DNA from: an uncultured Thermotogae bacterium
GTDB lineage: Bacteria; Bipolaricaulota; Bipolaricaulia; UBA7950; UBA9294
Direction: 5' to 3'
Length of the DNA stretch: 64,000 nt
Assembly (NCBI GenBank): GCA_964608345.1
Contig: CAZSNG010000003.1
Location: 18,764-82,763, forward strand
The position numbers and the translations under genes were made by a program. Positions within the stretch are counted from its first letter, which is position 1. Every line of letters starts with the position of its first letter. The notes under the pieces were generated by a model that saw only the letters and a list, made by a program, of their open reading frames with translations, was not told where the DNA came from and searched no databases. Positions 37,669-46,937 of the stretch are shown here, piece after piece.

Positions 37669-38924
37669 GCTCCTTTGATTCCGCCGGCCAGGGCGTCGAC
37701 GGTCAGCTCGATGTCCTGTTCCTCGCCGGTGTCCATCTGCTTCAGCTTGCCGGTGCCGCTTGCGACTTCGTCGTCCCCGAGCACGACCAGATGCCGGGCG
37801 CCCATCTGGTTCGCCAGAGTGAGCTGCTTTCGCAGCGCGCGGGCGCGGTGATCGATCTCGACCGACAGACCGGCCCGGCGAAGCTGCTCGGTCAGCTCGA
37901 ACGCGAGTCGGCGGCCTTCGTCGCCGATCGATGCGACGAACAGGTCGACCCGCTCAGGGCCGCAATCCGTCTTCCGCTCTTGGAGGACGAGCACGAGCCG
38001 CTCGATCCCGCCGGCGAAGCCGACGCCGGGCGTCTCCGGCCCGCCGACCGACTCGATCAGCCCGTCGTACCGGCCGCCGCCGAGCAGGCTGTCCTGCGAG
38101 CCGAGGTCTTCTGAGATCAGCTCGAACACGGTGCGGGTGTAGTAGTCGAGGCCGCGGACGAGGTGCGGGTCGATCGTGTACGACAGTCCGAGTCGGTCGA
38201 GCAACCCGCGGACGGCCGCGAAATGCCCGGCGCATTCGTCGCACAGGTGATCGGCCGGCCCCGGGGCGGTCTCGATGAACGGCCGGCAGGCCGCCTCCTT
38301 GCAGTCGAGGATCCGCAGCGGATTGTCGTCATAGCGGCGTCGGCAGTTGTCGCACATCGAGTCGATCGAACCGGCGAAGTGGCCGCGCAGCGCCTCCTGG
38401 TACGGCCCCCGATCGTTCGGGCAGCCGATCGAGTTCAGGCGGAGCGACAGGCCACCGATGCCGAGGTCAGTCATCAGCGTCCACGCGAACGCGATGACTT
38501 CGGCGTCGAGGCTCGGATCGAGCGAGCCGATCGCCTCGATCCCGTACTGATGGAACTGACGGTAGCGCCCCTTCTGCGGCTTCTCGTACCGGAACATCGG
38601 CCCGAGGTAGAGCAGCTTCTGGAACGGCGCCGTCGTCTGCATCCCGTGTGACAGGTAAGCACGGGCGACCGATGCGGTTGCCTCGGGGCGAAGGGCGAGG
38701 CTGCGGCCCTTCCGGTCGGGGAAGACGAACATCTGCTTGGTGACGACCTCGGTCGCCTCGCCGATGCCGCGGGTGAACAGCTCGGTGTGCTCGACGATCG
38801 GCACGCGGATCTCACGGTAGTTGTAGCGCCGCGCGACGTCGCGGATCGTCCCTTCGACGAGCCGCCACCAAGCGACATCCTCGGGGAGGATGTCGTTCAT
38901 TCCTCGAACGCGTTCGTAGTTCAT
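37665..38924 (-). CDS. hisS: Histidine--tRNA ligase.
   Basis: MNYERVRGMNDILPEDVAWW...; class II motifs 1-3 and the C-terminal anticodon-binding domain are present. Confidence 0.95.
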   Translation of the reverse strand: MNYERVRGMNDILPEDVAWWRLVEGTIRDVARRYNYREIRVPIVEHTELFTRGIGEATEVVTKQMFVFPDRKGRSLALRPEATASVARAYLSHGMQTTAPFQKLLYLGPMFRYEKPQKGRYRQFHQYGIEAIGSLDPSLDAEVIAFAWTLMTDLGIGGLSLRLNSIGCPNDRGPYQEALRGHFAGSIDSMCDNCRRRYDDNPLRILDCKEAACRPFIETAPGPADHLCDECAGHFAAVRGLLDRLGLSYTIDPHLVRGLDYYTRTVFELISEDLGSQDSLLGGGRYDGLIESVGGPETPGVGFAGGIERLVLVLQERKTDCGPERVDLFVASIGDEGRRLAFELTEQLRRAGLSVEIDHRARALRKQLTLANQMGARHLVVLGDDEVASGTGKLKQMDTGEEQDIELTVDALAGGIKGA

Positions 38925-39164
38925 GTCACCTCGCGAGGGATGTTGACCCTCTCATCAGCAGCTCGGCCGCCTGGCCGCCATCGAGCTCCCGTTCGAGGAC
39001 CGCCCCATGAGTATCCTCCTCCTGCCGCTCGACTTCCCGCTCGACCTCAATATCGTTGTCGAGCGGGGGGAAGAATGCAAGCATTCTTCCGTCTATCGCG
39101 TCTCGAAATGGATGTCAAGTGCGTCGCATTCTCCTGCGTGCTCACGCTTCGGTCTCGGGGGCCT

Positions 39165-39782
39165 TCAGATTGGTTGCTCGGTCCGTTTCCGGTAGGCGAT
39201 CAGATCGGCGATGTTGACGATGGCGAGGCCGTGCGCCTCCGCGAACGGCACCAGGTCGGGCAGTCGGGCCATCGTCCCATCCTTGTTGAGGATCTCGCAT
39301 AGCACGGCGGCGGGTTTCAGGCCGGCGAGCCGGGCCAGGTCGACGGTCGCCTCGGTGTGGCCCGCGCGATGCAGGACGCCGCCGTCGCGGGCGATCAACG
39401 GGAAGACGTGCCCCGGCAGCGCGAGGTCGCACGGCTGCGTCGCCTCGCTGACGAGCAGCTGGATCGTTTGCGCGCGGTCGTGCGCCGAGATACCGGTCGT
39501 GATCCCGTCTTTCGCATCGACCGAGACGGTGAATTGCGGCCCCTGTAACGCAGTGCTCTCCGGGCACATCGGCGGGAGGCCGAGGGCGCGTGCCCGTGCC
39601 TCGGTGATCGGCGTGCAGAGGAGGCCACGGCCGTGGGTGATCATGAAGTTGATTGCGTCAGCCGTCGCGTTCTCGGCGGCGATGACGAGATCCCCCTCGT
39701 TCTCGCGATTCTCGTCGTCGACGAGGATGAGCATCTCGCCGTCGCGGACCTTGCGGATCGCTTCCTCAATCGTGATGAACAC
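39165..39782 (-). CDS. ribB: 3,4-dihydroxy-2-butanone 4-phosphate synthase (monofunctional RibB).
   Basis: GTG start with AAGGATG upstream. DENRENEGDLV...HTEATVDLARLAG. Confidence 0.9.
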   Translation of the reverse strand: MFITIEEAIRKVRDGEMLILVDDENRENEGDLVIAAENATADAINFMITHGRGLLCTPITEARARALGLPPMCPESTALQGPQFTVSVDAKDGITTGISAHDRAQTIQLLVSEATQPCDLALPGHVFPLIARDGGVLHRAGHTEATVDLARLAGLKPAAVLCEILNKDGTMARLPDLVPFAEAHGLAIVNIADLIAYRKRTEQPI

Positions 39783-40024
39783 GCGGCATCATCCTTTCGA
39801 CGGCTTCGCCGGAATGTCGAACGCCAGGTCCACCGGGTCACCGCGCGCGCATCGCGGGAGGCGACTCGATCTCTGCGCCGCCGGCGCACGACGACCGGAG
39901 CCGTCCGAGGTGTCTCACAACGCCCGTACACATCGGCGAGCCGCAGTGTACTGCGGGCGAAACCCCTGTTCAACGGAGTTGCGCGTGTTTCGCAGCCACG
40001 ATACCCTCTGCGAAGGAGGTCATC

Positions 40025-41578
40025 GTGTCGATGAAGCCAGTTCGCTATGGATTGCTAGGATTTCTGTTCCTTTTCCTGTCGTTGTCGGTGATTGCGGCGG
40101 AGCCAACGGTCACGTACCAAACCGCGGAGCGCGAGGGGTTCCAGGAGCTGATCGTCATCACGCCGCTCGCCAACTTCCTCTTCTCCGAGGACGGCGGAAC
40201 GCTTCGCAGCGTGCTGCTGACGTTCGCGCCGTACGGATCCAGCGTCGAAGAGCTGGTGTACGGAACGACGAGCGACGCGACGACCTTCGCGCGCCGGTAC
40301 ACCGCCGACGCGGAGTTCCCGTTTGACCTGCGCGGCGATGGGGTCGAGGGGACGTACACGCTCGCCGAGCCGGAGTGGACCGAGTCCGGCGGGCTGATCG
40401 TCTCGTTCACCGGAGCACTGGACGGCTACACGGTGGTCAAGCGATTCACCCTCGAGCCGGACGCCCTGTACAGCCTCGACCTCGAGGTCGAGGTTACCGC
40501 GGCCGCCGGCGTGGCGTCGGAGATCGACATGACCGTCCAGAAGTACATCCCGCAGAACAAGGGGCGCGAGCTGACCTATCTGTTCGACGGAGAGAAGTCG
40601 TCGGCACTGCTCGCGTCGGGATCGTACTTCACGTTCGAGGGGCTCGGCCTGATGGACGGCGACGTCCTGTTCTTCCTCATCCCCCAGGAAGGCACGGCCG
40701 TCGACCCGTTCTCCGAGGCGACGGAGTCCGGCAGCTGGCGATTCGGGGTCAAGCTTCCCGCGCCTGAAGGGATCTCGTCGTACCGGTTCACGTTGTACGC
40801 CGGTCGGCGCCGATTCCTGCTGATGCAGGAGGTCGGGATCGACGTGCTCGACGAGCCGGGCGTCGGCGCACGGGCGATGGTGGTCGTGATCCGATTCCTC
40901 AACATCCTGTATCGAGCGACCGGAAACTACGGATGGGCAATCATCCTGTTCACGCTGATGACGCGGCTCATCCTCTTCCCGCTGATGCGCAAGCAGTACC
41001 ACTCGATCGCCAAGACGCAGCGGATTCAGCCCCGGCTGAAGAAGATCCAGGAGCGGTTCAAGGACGACAAGCAGCTGATGCAGCAGAAGACCCTCGAGGT
41101 CTACAAGAAGGAGGGCGTCAACCCGATGGGCGGATGCCTGCCGATGCTGATCCAGCTGCCGATCATCTTCATCATTTGGCGCGCGATGCTCTACGCGAGC
41201 GAGCAGATCCACCTGTCGCCGGGATTCCTCTGGATCCCCGACCTGAGTGTCTATGACCCGTACTTCATCCTCGTCATCGTGACGACGCTGGTCATGCTCG
41301 TGCAGCAACGGTTCATGTCGCCGATGCCGACGGGCGACGCGAAGGGGATTCAGAAGTACATGGGCTACTTCTTCCCGCTGATGATGGGCGTGTTGCTGTG
41401 GCGGTTCCCGGCCGGCCTCTGGCTGTACTACCTCCTGACGACAGGCGCCCAGGTCGGGCAGCAGGCGTTCGTCAATTGGGAGATGGCGCGCGCCGACGCC
41501 GGGCAGGTCCCCGCTCTGATCGAGGACGAGGACGATGAGGAGATCGATGGAGACGCAAGCACTTCAGCAGGAGGTTGA
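40025..41578 (+). CDS. yidC: Membrane protein insertase YidC, with a large N-terminal periplasmic domain.
   Basis: GAAGGAGG Shine-Dalgarno. The N-terminal TM helix is followed by a soluble domain of about 300 aa. The conserved Oxa1 core reads YGWAIILFTLMTRLILFPL...PMGGCLPMLIQLPIIF. The ATG at 40031 is an alternative to the GTG at 40025. Confidence 0.9.
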   Translation: MSMKPVRYGLLGFLFLFLSLSVIAAEPTVTYQTAEREGFQELIVITPLANFLFSEDGGTLRSVLLTFAPYGSSVEELVYGTTSDATTFARRYTADAEFPFDLRGDGVEGTYTLAEPEWTESGGLIVSFTGALDGYTVVKRFTLEPDALYSLDLEVEVTAAAGVASEIDMTVQKYIPQNKGRELTYLFDGEKSSALLASGSYFTFEGLGLMDGDVLFFLIPQEGTAVDPFSEATESGSWRFGVKLPAPEGISSYRFTLYAGRRRFLLMQEVGIDVLDEPGVGARAMVVVIRFLNILYRATGNYGWAIILFTLMTRLILFPLMRKQYHSIAKTQRIQPRLKKIQERFKDDKQLMQQKTLEVYKKEGVNPMGGCLPMLIQLPIIFIIWRAMLYASEQIHLSPGFLWIPDLSVYDPYFILVIVTTLVMLVQQRFMSPMPTGDAKGIQKYMGYFFPLMMGVLLWRFPAGLWLYYLLTTGAQVGQQAFVNWEMARADAGQVPALIEDEDDEEIDGDASTSAGG

Positions 41579-42008
41579 GGCCTACCTCCGCGAACTGCTC
41601 GCGCTCCTCGAAGAGGACGCCACGTTTGAGGTCGAGCCGGCGACTCCCGAAGGCGGGATGTACATCAACCTCGAAGGGAGCCTGTTCTCGCTGCCCGAGG
41701 ACCGATCGGTCCTGACGGCGCTGGAGCTTCTCCTGCGCGGGGCGCTACGCCGCAAGACCGGCCAGGACGTCGAGGTCGTCTTCGACGTCAATGGAACCGT
41801 GAAGCGCCGCCGGGCCGAGCTGATCCGGTTCGCCCTCACCAAAGCGGAGGACGTCCGCCGCGAGCGCAAGCGTCTCCGCCTCAATCCCATGCCGGCGCAC
41901 GAGCGCCGAACGATCCACGTCACGCTGGCTAACGTCCCCGGCGTGAAGACCTTCAGCGTCGGCGACGGAGACGAACGCCGGGTGATCATCGAGCCCGACG
42001 ACGCCTGA
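41535..42008 (+). CDS. jag: Jag/KhpB-like RNA-binding protein (KH plus R3H domains).
   Basis: The R3H motif is near the C-terminus (RLRLNPMPAHERRTIHVTL). Its position between yidC and mnmE matches the conserved cluster. The start is either 41535 or 41547. Confidence 0.75.
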   Translation: MRRSMETQALQQEVEAYLRELLALLEEDATFEVEPATPEGGMYINLEGSLFSLPEDRSVLTALELLLRGALRRKTGQDVEVVFDVNGTVKRRRAELIRFALTKAEDVRRERKRLRLNPMPAHERRTIHVTLANVPGVKTFSVGDGDERRVIIEPDDA

Positions 42009-43366
42009 TGGACGGCGACACGATCGCGGCGATCTCGACGCCGATCGGCGAGGGGGGAATCGGGATCGTCCGACTGACCGGCCCCGAGGCGATCGAACTC
42101 GCGGCCGGCCTCTTCCGTTCCGCTCGCGGCGACACGCTCCGCGAGGCTCCGACCCACACCCTTCATTACGGCCGCGTCTTCGTCGACGGCCGACCGATCG
42201 ACGAGGTGCTCGTCTCCGTGCTCCGAGCGCCGCGGACGTACACGCGGGAGGACATCGTCGAGATCAACTGCCACGGCGGGGTCGTCGCGACACAGGCTGT
42301 TCTCGACGCGGCGCTCGCCGCCGGGGCGCGGATGGCCGAGCGGGGCGAGTTCACCAAGCGCGCCTTCCTGAACGGGCGGATCTCGCTCGACCAGGCGAAG
42401 GCGGTCCTCGACGTCGTGCAGGCGCGGACGGCCCTCGGCCTCGAGGCGGCCGTCGATCGGCTCGGCGGGCGGTTCTCCGTCGCGCTCGACGACGTTCGCC
42501 GGACGATCGCCGAGATCTTGGCGGACCTGGAGGTCGAGATCGACTACCCCGACCTCGATGTGGACGTGGAGGCGATCCTGCCGAGGATCGACGATCTCGC
42601 CAGGCGTGTCGGCCGGATGCTCGCGCAGAGCGAGCAGGGGAGGATCGTCCGCGAAGGGCTGACGATCGCGATTATCGGCCGGCCGAACGTCGGCAAGTCG
42701 ACATTGTTGAACGCGCTGCTCGCCGAGGAGCGGGCGATTGTCACGCCGATTCCCGGGACGACGCGAGACACCGTCGAAGAGCAGGCGTCGTTGGGTGGAA
42801 TCCCGGTTCGGTGGATCGACACCGCGGGCCTACGACGACCGAGCGATCCGATCGAGGCCGAGGGGATCGATCGAACGGAGCAGGCGATCGATCGGTCCGA
42901 TCTCGTCCTTTGTCTGTTGGACGGAAGCGAGCCGCTTGCTCCGGAGGACCGGGAGCTGCTAGGGCGGACGTGGGACGTCCCGACGATCCTCGTCGTCAAC
43001 AAGACCGACTTGCCGGACCGGCTCGGCGACGGGGACCTTGGATCGTTCGGCGATCGGCTCGACGTGTCGGCCAAGGTCGGCGACGGAATCGACGAGCTGC
43101 GAGACGCGATCCTCGCGCGTCTGACCGGCGGTGAACTGCCGACGCGCAACTCGATCCTCCTGCTCGACGCGTGGGAGCGGGATCTGATCCGGCGGGTCGG
43201 TGAGGAGCTGGAGCGGGGCGCCGAGGTGGCCCGCGACGGAAGGACCGCCGACATGATCGCCGAGGAGCTTCGTTTCGCCTACAGAACCGCCGGCGAACTG
43301 CAGGGAATCGACGTCAGCGAGTCGATTCTCGATGCCGTCTTCGAGCGATTCTGCGTTGGCAAGTGA
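42008..43366 (+). CDS. mnmE: tRNA modification GTPase MnmE (TrmE).
   Basis: The G domain reads GRPNVGKSTLLNAL. The C-terminal CxGK motif reads CVGK. ATGA-type overlap with jag. Confidence 0.9.
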   Translation: MDGDTIAAISTPIGEGGIGIVRLTGPEAIELAAGLFRSARGDTLREAPTHTLHYGRVFVDGRPIDEVLVSVLRAPRTYTREDIVEINCHGGVVATQAVLDAALAAGARMAERGEFTKRAFLNGRISLDQAKAVLDVVQARTALGLEAAVDRLGGRFSVALDDVRRTIAEILADLEVEIDYPDLDVDVEAILPRIDDLARRVGRMLAQSEQGRIVREGLTIAIIGRPNVGKSTLLNALLAEERAIVTPIPGTTRDTVEEQASLGGIPVRWIDTAGLRRPSDPIEAEGIDRTEQAIDRSDLVLCLLDGSEPLAPEDRELLGRTWDVPTILVVNKTDLPDRLGDGDLGSFGDRLDVSAKVGDGIDELRDAILARLTGGELPTRNSILLLDAWERDLIRRVGEELERGAEVARDGRTADMIAEELRFAYRTAGELQGIDVSESILDAVFERFCVGK

Positions 43367-43706
43367 TCCTCTTCTGAGCTGCAATACAGCTCAGAAGAGG
43401 GACAAGAATCCGCAAGCGGATTCTTGTGTAGGCGAGCTTCGTGAGCCTGCGGCTCACGGACGAGAAACCATCAAGGAGGCTTCTCGTGTTGGTGACGAAT
43501 CGTAGTTGGCGCATGGGCCAGGGAGAATCAGAAGGATGGGCGACACGTCACCCACGTGAGAAGCTGTGCAGCAGCTTCTCACACGGCTCGAGAGCCGCGT
43601 CGCGACTCCCGAGACGAGCTTCTCGAGTTGGTGAGCAATCGCAAGGATTGGCACGTCACCGACATGAGAAGCGGCATGAGCCGCTTCTCATCCGTCACTG
43701 GCGTCG
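43367..43706. repeat. Palindrome-dense intergenic region (REP/MITE-like) between the convergent mnmE and recJ genes, including an internal tandem unit of about 100 bp.
   Basis: Hairpins: cctcttctgagctg-caata-cagctcagaagagg; caagaatccg..cggattcttg; cgtgagcc..ggctcacg; gtgagaagctg..cagcttctcac; atgagaagcggc-atga-gccgcttctcat; cgtcactggcgtcgc..gcgacgccagtgacg. The unit gcttctcgWgttggtga...cacgtcacc...agaagc...gcttctca occurs twice. The motif TGTAGGCGAGCT is at 43427-43438. Confidence 0.55.
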
Positions 43707-45437
43707 CTATGCGACGCCAGTGACGAGGTCTATCCCCTGGATCTGGACGGAGTTGCGCCAGTCGTCGAAGCCGGCGTGGCCGACGAGTCCAACCGGCTCG
43801 GTCCCCTCGAACGCATCGAGATGCTTCGCCATGCGGAAGGCGATGAACGGGAGCGAGGTTCCGTTCTGAGAGATCTGGCCTTTCAGATGCTGCTTTCGAT
43901 TGCCGACCAGCGTCAGGCCCGAGAATGTACAGTCGGTCAGGAGAAACCGGGGCCTGGCGTTGCCCGGACCGAACGGCCCGAGTGAGGTCAGATCGGTGTA
44001 GAAGCGCAGGTCGACGTCGCCGACCACGAGCGGCGCGTCGATCTTCTCGACGGCGAGGCTCGTCATGTCCTCGCGGTGTACCGCAGCGTACGCGTACAGC
44101 CGCTCCTCCAGCTTCGTCAAGTGTTCGTTGGCGACGGAGAATCCGGCGGCCATCCGGTGTCCGCCGTACTGCAGGAGCAGGTCGCCGTGCGCCTCGAGGC
44201 AGGCGCTGATGTCGAACGATCCGACGGATCGACATGAGCCGCGGCTGACGCGATCCCCGCGAGAGACGACGATCGACGGGACCCGGAACCGCTCGGTGAG
44301 GTTCGACGCGACGAGGCCGAGGATCCCCTCGTTCCAGTACTTGCCGGAGACGATGACGAGGCCGTCTTCCTGCGGCGTGAGTTTCTCCTCGCGGAGGGTT
44401 TCCTCCGCCTGGGCGATCAGATCGTTCTGCGCGATCTCCCGATCCCGGTTGTAGTCGAGGAGGATCTCGGCGAGATACTCCGCCTGATCCTGGATCTCGG
44501 TGATCAGCAGCAAGAATGCGACCTTCGGGTCTCCTGCCCGGTTCGCGGCGTTCAGCTTCGGCGCGACGAGGTAGCCGATGTCCGACGTGCTGATCTTCTT
44601 CGGGTTGACCGACAGCTTGTCGAACAGGACGCGCAGCCCCTGCGACGAGCCGCCGTCCTTGCCGATCAGCGCGAACGCCTCGCGGACGAAGGCGCGGTTC
44701 TCGCTTTCCCCGTCGGAGGAGAGCGGTACCAGATCGGCGATCGTTCCGAGCGCGACCAGGTCGAGTAGCTGCGTCGGTCTCGGCCGGTCGAGGCGCTCGT
44801 ACAGCGCGCAGACCAGCTTGTACGCGACGCCGACGCCGGCGAGCAGATGGTTCGGATACGTCTCGCCGTCGCGATGTGCATCGATGATCGCCACCGCATC
44901 GGGGAGCGGATCCGGAGGAATGTGATGATCGGTGATGATCGTTTCGATCCCCGCCTCCTTCAGGGCGGCGATCTCCGCGGTGTTGGAGACGCCGCAGTCG
45001 GCGGTGATTACCAAGCCGAACTCCTCCTCGATTGCGCGGAGGACGAACGGCCGAGACATTCCATGCCCGTGCGTTCGGTCCCCGACATCGACCTTGAGCG
45101 TGTTCTGGGGCAGCAGCGGCCGCAATCCGCGATACAGGACCGCAGCGCCGGTCAGGCCGTCGACGTCGAAATCGCCGTGGATGAACACCCTCTCCTGTCC
45201 CTCGATCGCCTTCACGAGCCGGTCGACGGCACGTTCCATGTCGGAGAAGAGGTACGGCGAATGGAAGCTACGGACGTCCGGATCGATCAGGGATTCCCAC
45301 GCCGTGCCGCCACGCTGCGCGACGAGGAAGGCGAACGGATGCGCGCAACCGAGCGTGGCGCGGATGCCCTCGACGAGGGCGGTATCCGGAGCGGGAGCGA
45401 GTTTCCACTCTCTCCCGTCCCGAAGGATGGACCTCAT
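43707..45437 (-). CDS. recJ: Single-stranded-DNA-specific exonuclease RecJ.
   Basis: The start is the ATG at 45437 (MRSILRDG...), overlapping the secF stop (ATGA). DHH motifs are present (HGDFDVDG, DHH in ITDHHIP) plus a DHHA1 domain. The 840-aa listed ORF is an artefactual upstream extension. Confidence 0.9.
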   Translation of the reverse strand: MRSILRDGREWKLAPAPDTALVEGIRATLGCAHPFAFLVAQRGGTAWESLIDPDVRSFHSPYLFSDMERAVDRLVKAIEGQERVFIHGDFDVDGLTGAAVLYRGLRPLLPQNTLKVDVGDRTHGHGMSRPFVLRAIEEEFGLVITADCGVSNTAEIAALKEAGIETIITDHHIPPDPLPDAVAIIDAHRDGETYPNHLLAGVGVAYKLVCALYERLDRPRPTQLLDLVALGTIADLVPLSSDGESENRAFVREAFALIGKDGGSSQGLRVLFDKLSVNPKKISTSDIGYLVAPKLNAANRAGDPKVAFLLLITEIQDQAEYLAEILLDYNRDREIAQNDLIAQAEETLREEKLTPQEDGLVIVSGKYWNEGILGLVASNLTERFRVPSIVVSRGDRVSRGSCRSVGSFDISACLEAHGDLLLQYGGHRMAAGFSVANEHLTKLEERLYAYAAVHREDMTSLAVEKIDAPLVVGDVDLRFYTDLTSLGPFGPGNARPRFLLTDCTFSGLTLVGNRKQHLKGQISQNGTSLPFIAFRMAKHLDAFEGTEPVGLVGHAGFDDWRNSVQIQGIDLVTGVA

Positions 45438-46336
45438 CTGCCCTTCTTGCGCTTGTCCGCCCTGAGGCTCCAGGCGTAGAGGATCGGGTTGGCGATGTAC
45501 ATCGACGAGTAGGTTCCGACGATGACACCGATGAGCAGCGCGAGGGAGAAGCCCCGCAGGACGCTGCCGCCGAACACGAACAAGATGATGACCGGAATGA
45601 ACGTCGTCAGCGACGTGTTCAGCGTTCGGCTCAGCGACTGGTTCACGCTGTGATTGATGATGTCGAAGATCGGGCGCCGGCGCTCGACCTTCAGGTTCTC
45701 TCGGATGCGGTCGTAGATGACGATCGTGTCGTTGAGCGAGTATCCGACGATCGTCAGGAACGCCGCGATCGTTGCCAGGTTCACCTCGACCTGAAAGATT
45801 GCGAAGAGACCGAGGGCGAGGATGACGTCGTGCAGAATCGCGGCGACGGCACCGATCGCGTATCGGAGCCGGAACCGCCACGAGATGTAGATGAGGATCG
45901 CGATGATCGCGAGCAGGACGGCCTGCCAACCCTTCTCGGCGAGCTCCCGGCTCACCTGCTGGCCGATCAGCCGCCTCGAGATGTCCTCGACCGGGAAGTC
46001 GGCACGGAGCATCGACTCGATCCGGTCGATCACCCGCTGGTCCTCCTCGACATTGAGGAGCTGCGTCGTGATGACCTTGGTGTGTCCCTCGGCATCCTGG
46101 ATGACGCTCGTCGTCAGGTCGACGCCCCCGGAGGCGATCCCGCCAAGCCCGGCTCGGATGTCGGCGGTCTCGACCGCCTCGGAGAAGAGAACCGTGAACT
46201 CCATCCCGCCGGTGAAGTCGATCCCCCACTTCAGGCCTCGAACGCCGGGGAGCAGGACCACGACGGAAACCGCGATCAACAACAGCGAGAGCGGGACGAA
46301 GTACTTCGTCTTCCCGAGGAAATCGAACTGCCGCAT
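45434..46336 (-). CDS. secF: Protein-export membrane protein SecF.
   Basis: MRQFDFLGKTKYFVPLS...GIDFTGG...; the six-TM C-terminal SecF domain is present. No secD is adjacent. Confidence 0.85.
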   Translation of the reverse strand: MRQFDFLGKTKYFVPLSLLLIAVSVVVLLPGVRGLKWGIDFTGGMEFTVLFSEAVETADIRAGLGGIASGGVDLTTSVIQDAEGHTKVITTQLLNVEEDQRVIDRIESMLRADFPVEDISRRLIGQQVSRELAEKGWQAVLLAIIAILIYISWRFRLRYAIGAVAAILHDVILALGLFAIFQVEVNLATIAAFLTIVGYSLNDTIVIYDRIRENLKVERRRPIFDIINHSVNQSLSRTLNTSLTTFIPVIILFVFGGSVLRGFSLALLIGVIVGTYSSMYIANPILYAWSLRADKRKKGR

Positions 46337-46351
46337 CGGACGCCTCCTACC

Positions 46352-46618
46352 CTAGGCCTGGACTCGCTTCGTCCACCTCGACTTGATCCGTGCGGCCTTG
46401 TTCGCGTGGATCGTGTTCCGCTTGGCGGCCTTGTCCGCAGCTTGTGCAAGCTCGGGAAGGAGCGCGCGCGCCGCCTCTTTGTCTCCGGCCTCGAGGTGGA
46501 GGCGGAGCTGTTTCTCCACGCGCTTGATCGCGGCCTTCTTCGACCGATTCAGCCCTCTGCGCTTGGTGCTTTGCCGCAAGCGCTTGCGTGCGGAAGCGAT
46601 GTTAGGAATCGTACTCAC
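46352..46618 (-). CDS. rpsT: 30S ribosomal protein S20.
   Basis: 88 aa, basic (MSTIPNIASARKRLRQSTKRRGLNRSKKAAIKR...HANKAARIKSR). GTG start. Confidence 0.85.
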   Translation of the reverse strand: MSTIPNIASARKRLRQSTKRRGLNRSKKAAIKRVEKQLRLHLEAGDKEAARALLPELAQAADKAAKRNTIHANKAARIKSRWTKRVQA

Positions 46619-46858
46619 CTCTTCGAAGTTTCATCTTCATGTAGTGCAGATCAGGAATGACGATCGATGTTAGCCAAGCGAGGATCGCGAATCAAGCGAC
46701 GGACCGTTCTTCTCCTTCCTGCAGCGGGAGTATGTCACGCGTGGGGACGGGATCGATCTCGGAGGCCAGCCCGTGATCGATGTCCGGAATCGGATTTCGG
46801 GCGGAACCTGCGTCGGTGCCCTTGGCGGTTCCAGCACATTCGAGCGGATTCAGCTCGA

Positions 46859-46887
46859 TTGTCGCTCCGAACGGGTGGTGCTACGAT
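46859..46887 (+). promoter_or_regulatory. Candidate promoter for nrdD (TTGTCG-17-TACGAT).
   Basis: The hexamers are 17 nt apart and lie about 45 nt upstream of the nrdD ATG. Weak. Confidence 0.3.
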
Positions 46888-46937
46888 GGTCCTGTTTTTG
46901 CGCCGAGCCGGTGGCTCGCATCCGGAGAGGGGGGGGC

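Noticed and set aside
38925-39164. T-box leader upstream of hisS (and likewise at 51237-51380 upstream of trpS).
   Set aside because: No T-box consensus (AATTAGGGTGGTACCGCG) or specifier/antiterminator arrangement is found. The trpS leader is only about 60 nt.
43707-46229. 840-aa ORF suggesting a giant RecJ.
   Set aside because: The upstream 264 codons are an out-of-frame read-through of secF. RecJ begins at the ATG at 45437, which overlaps the secF stop.
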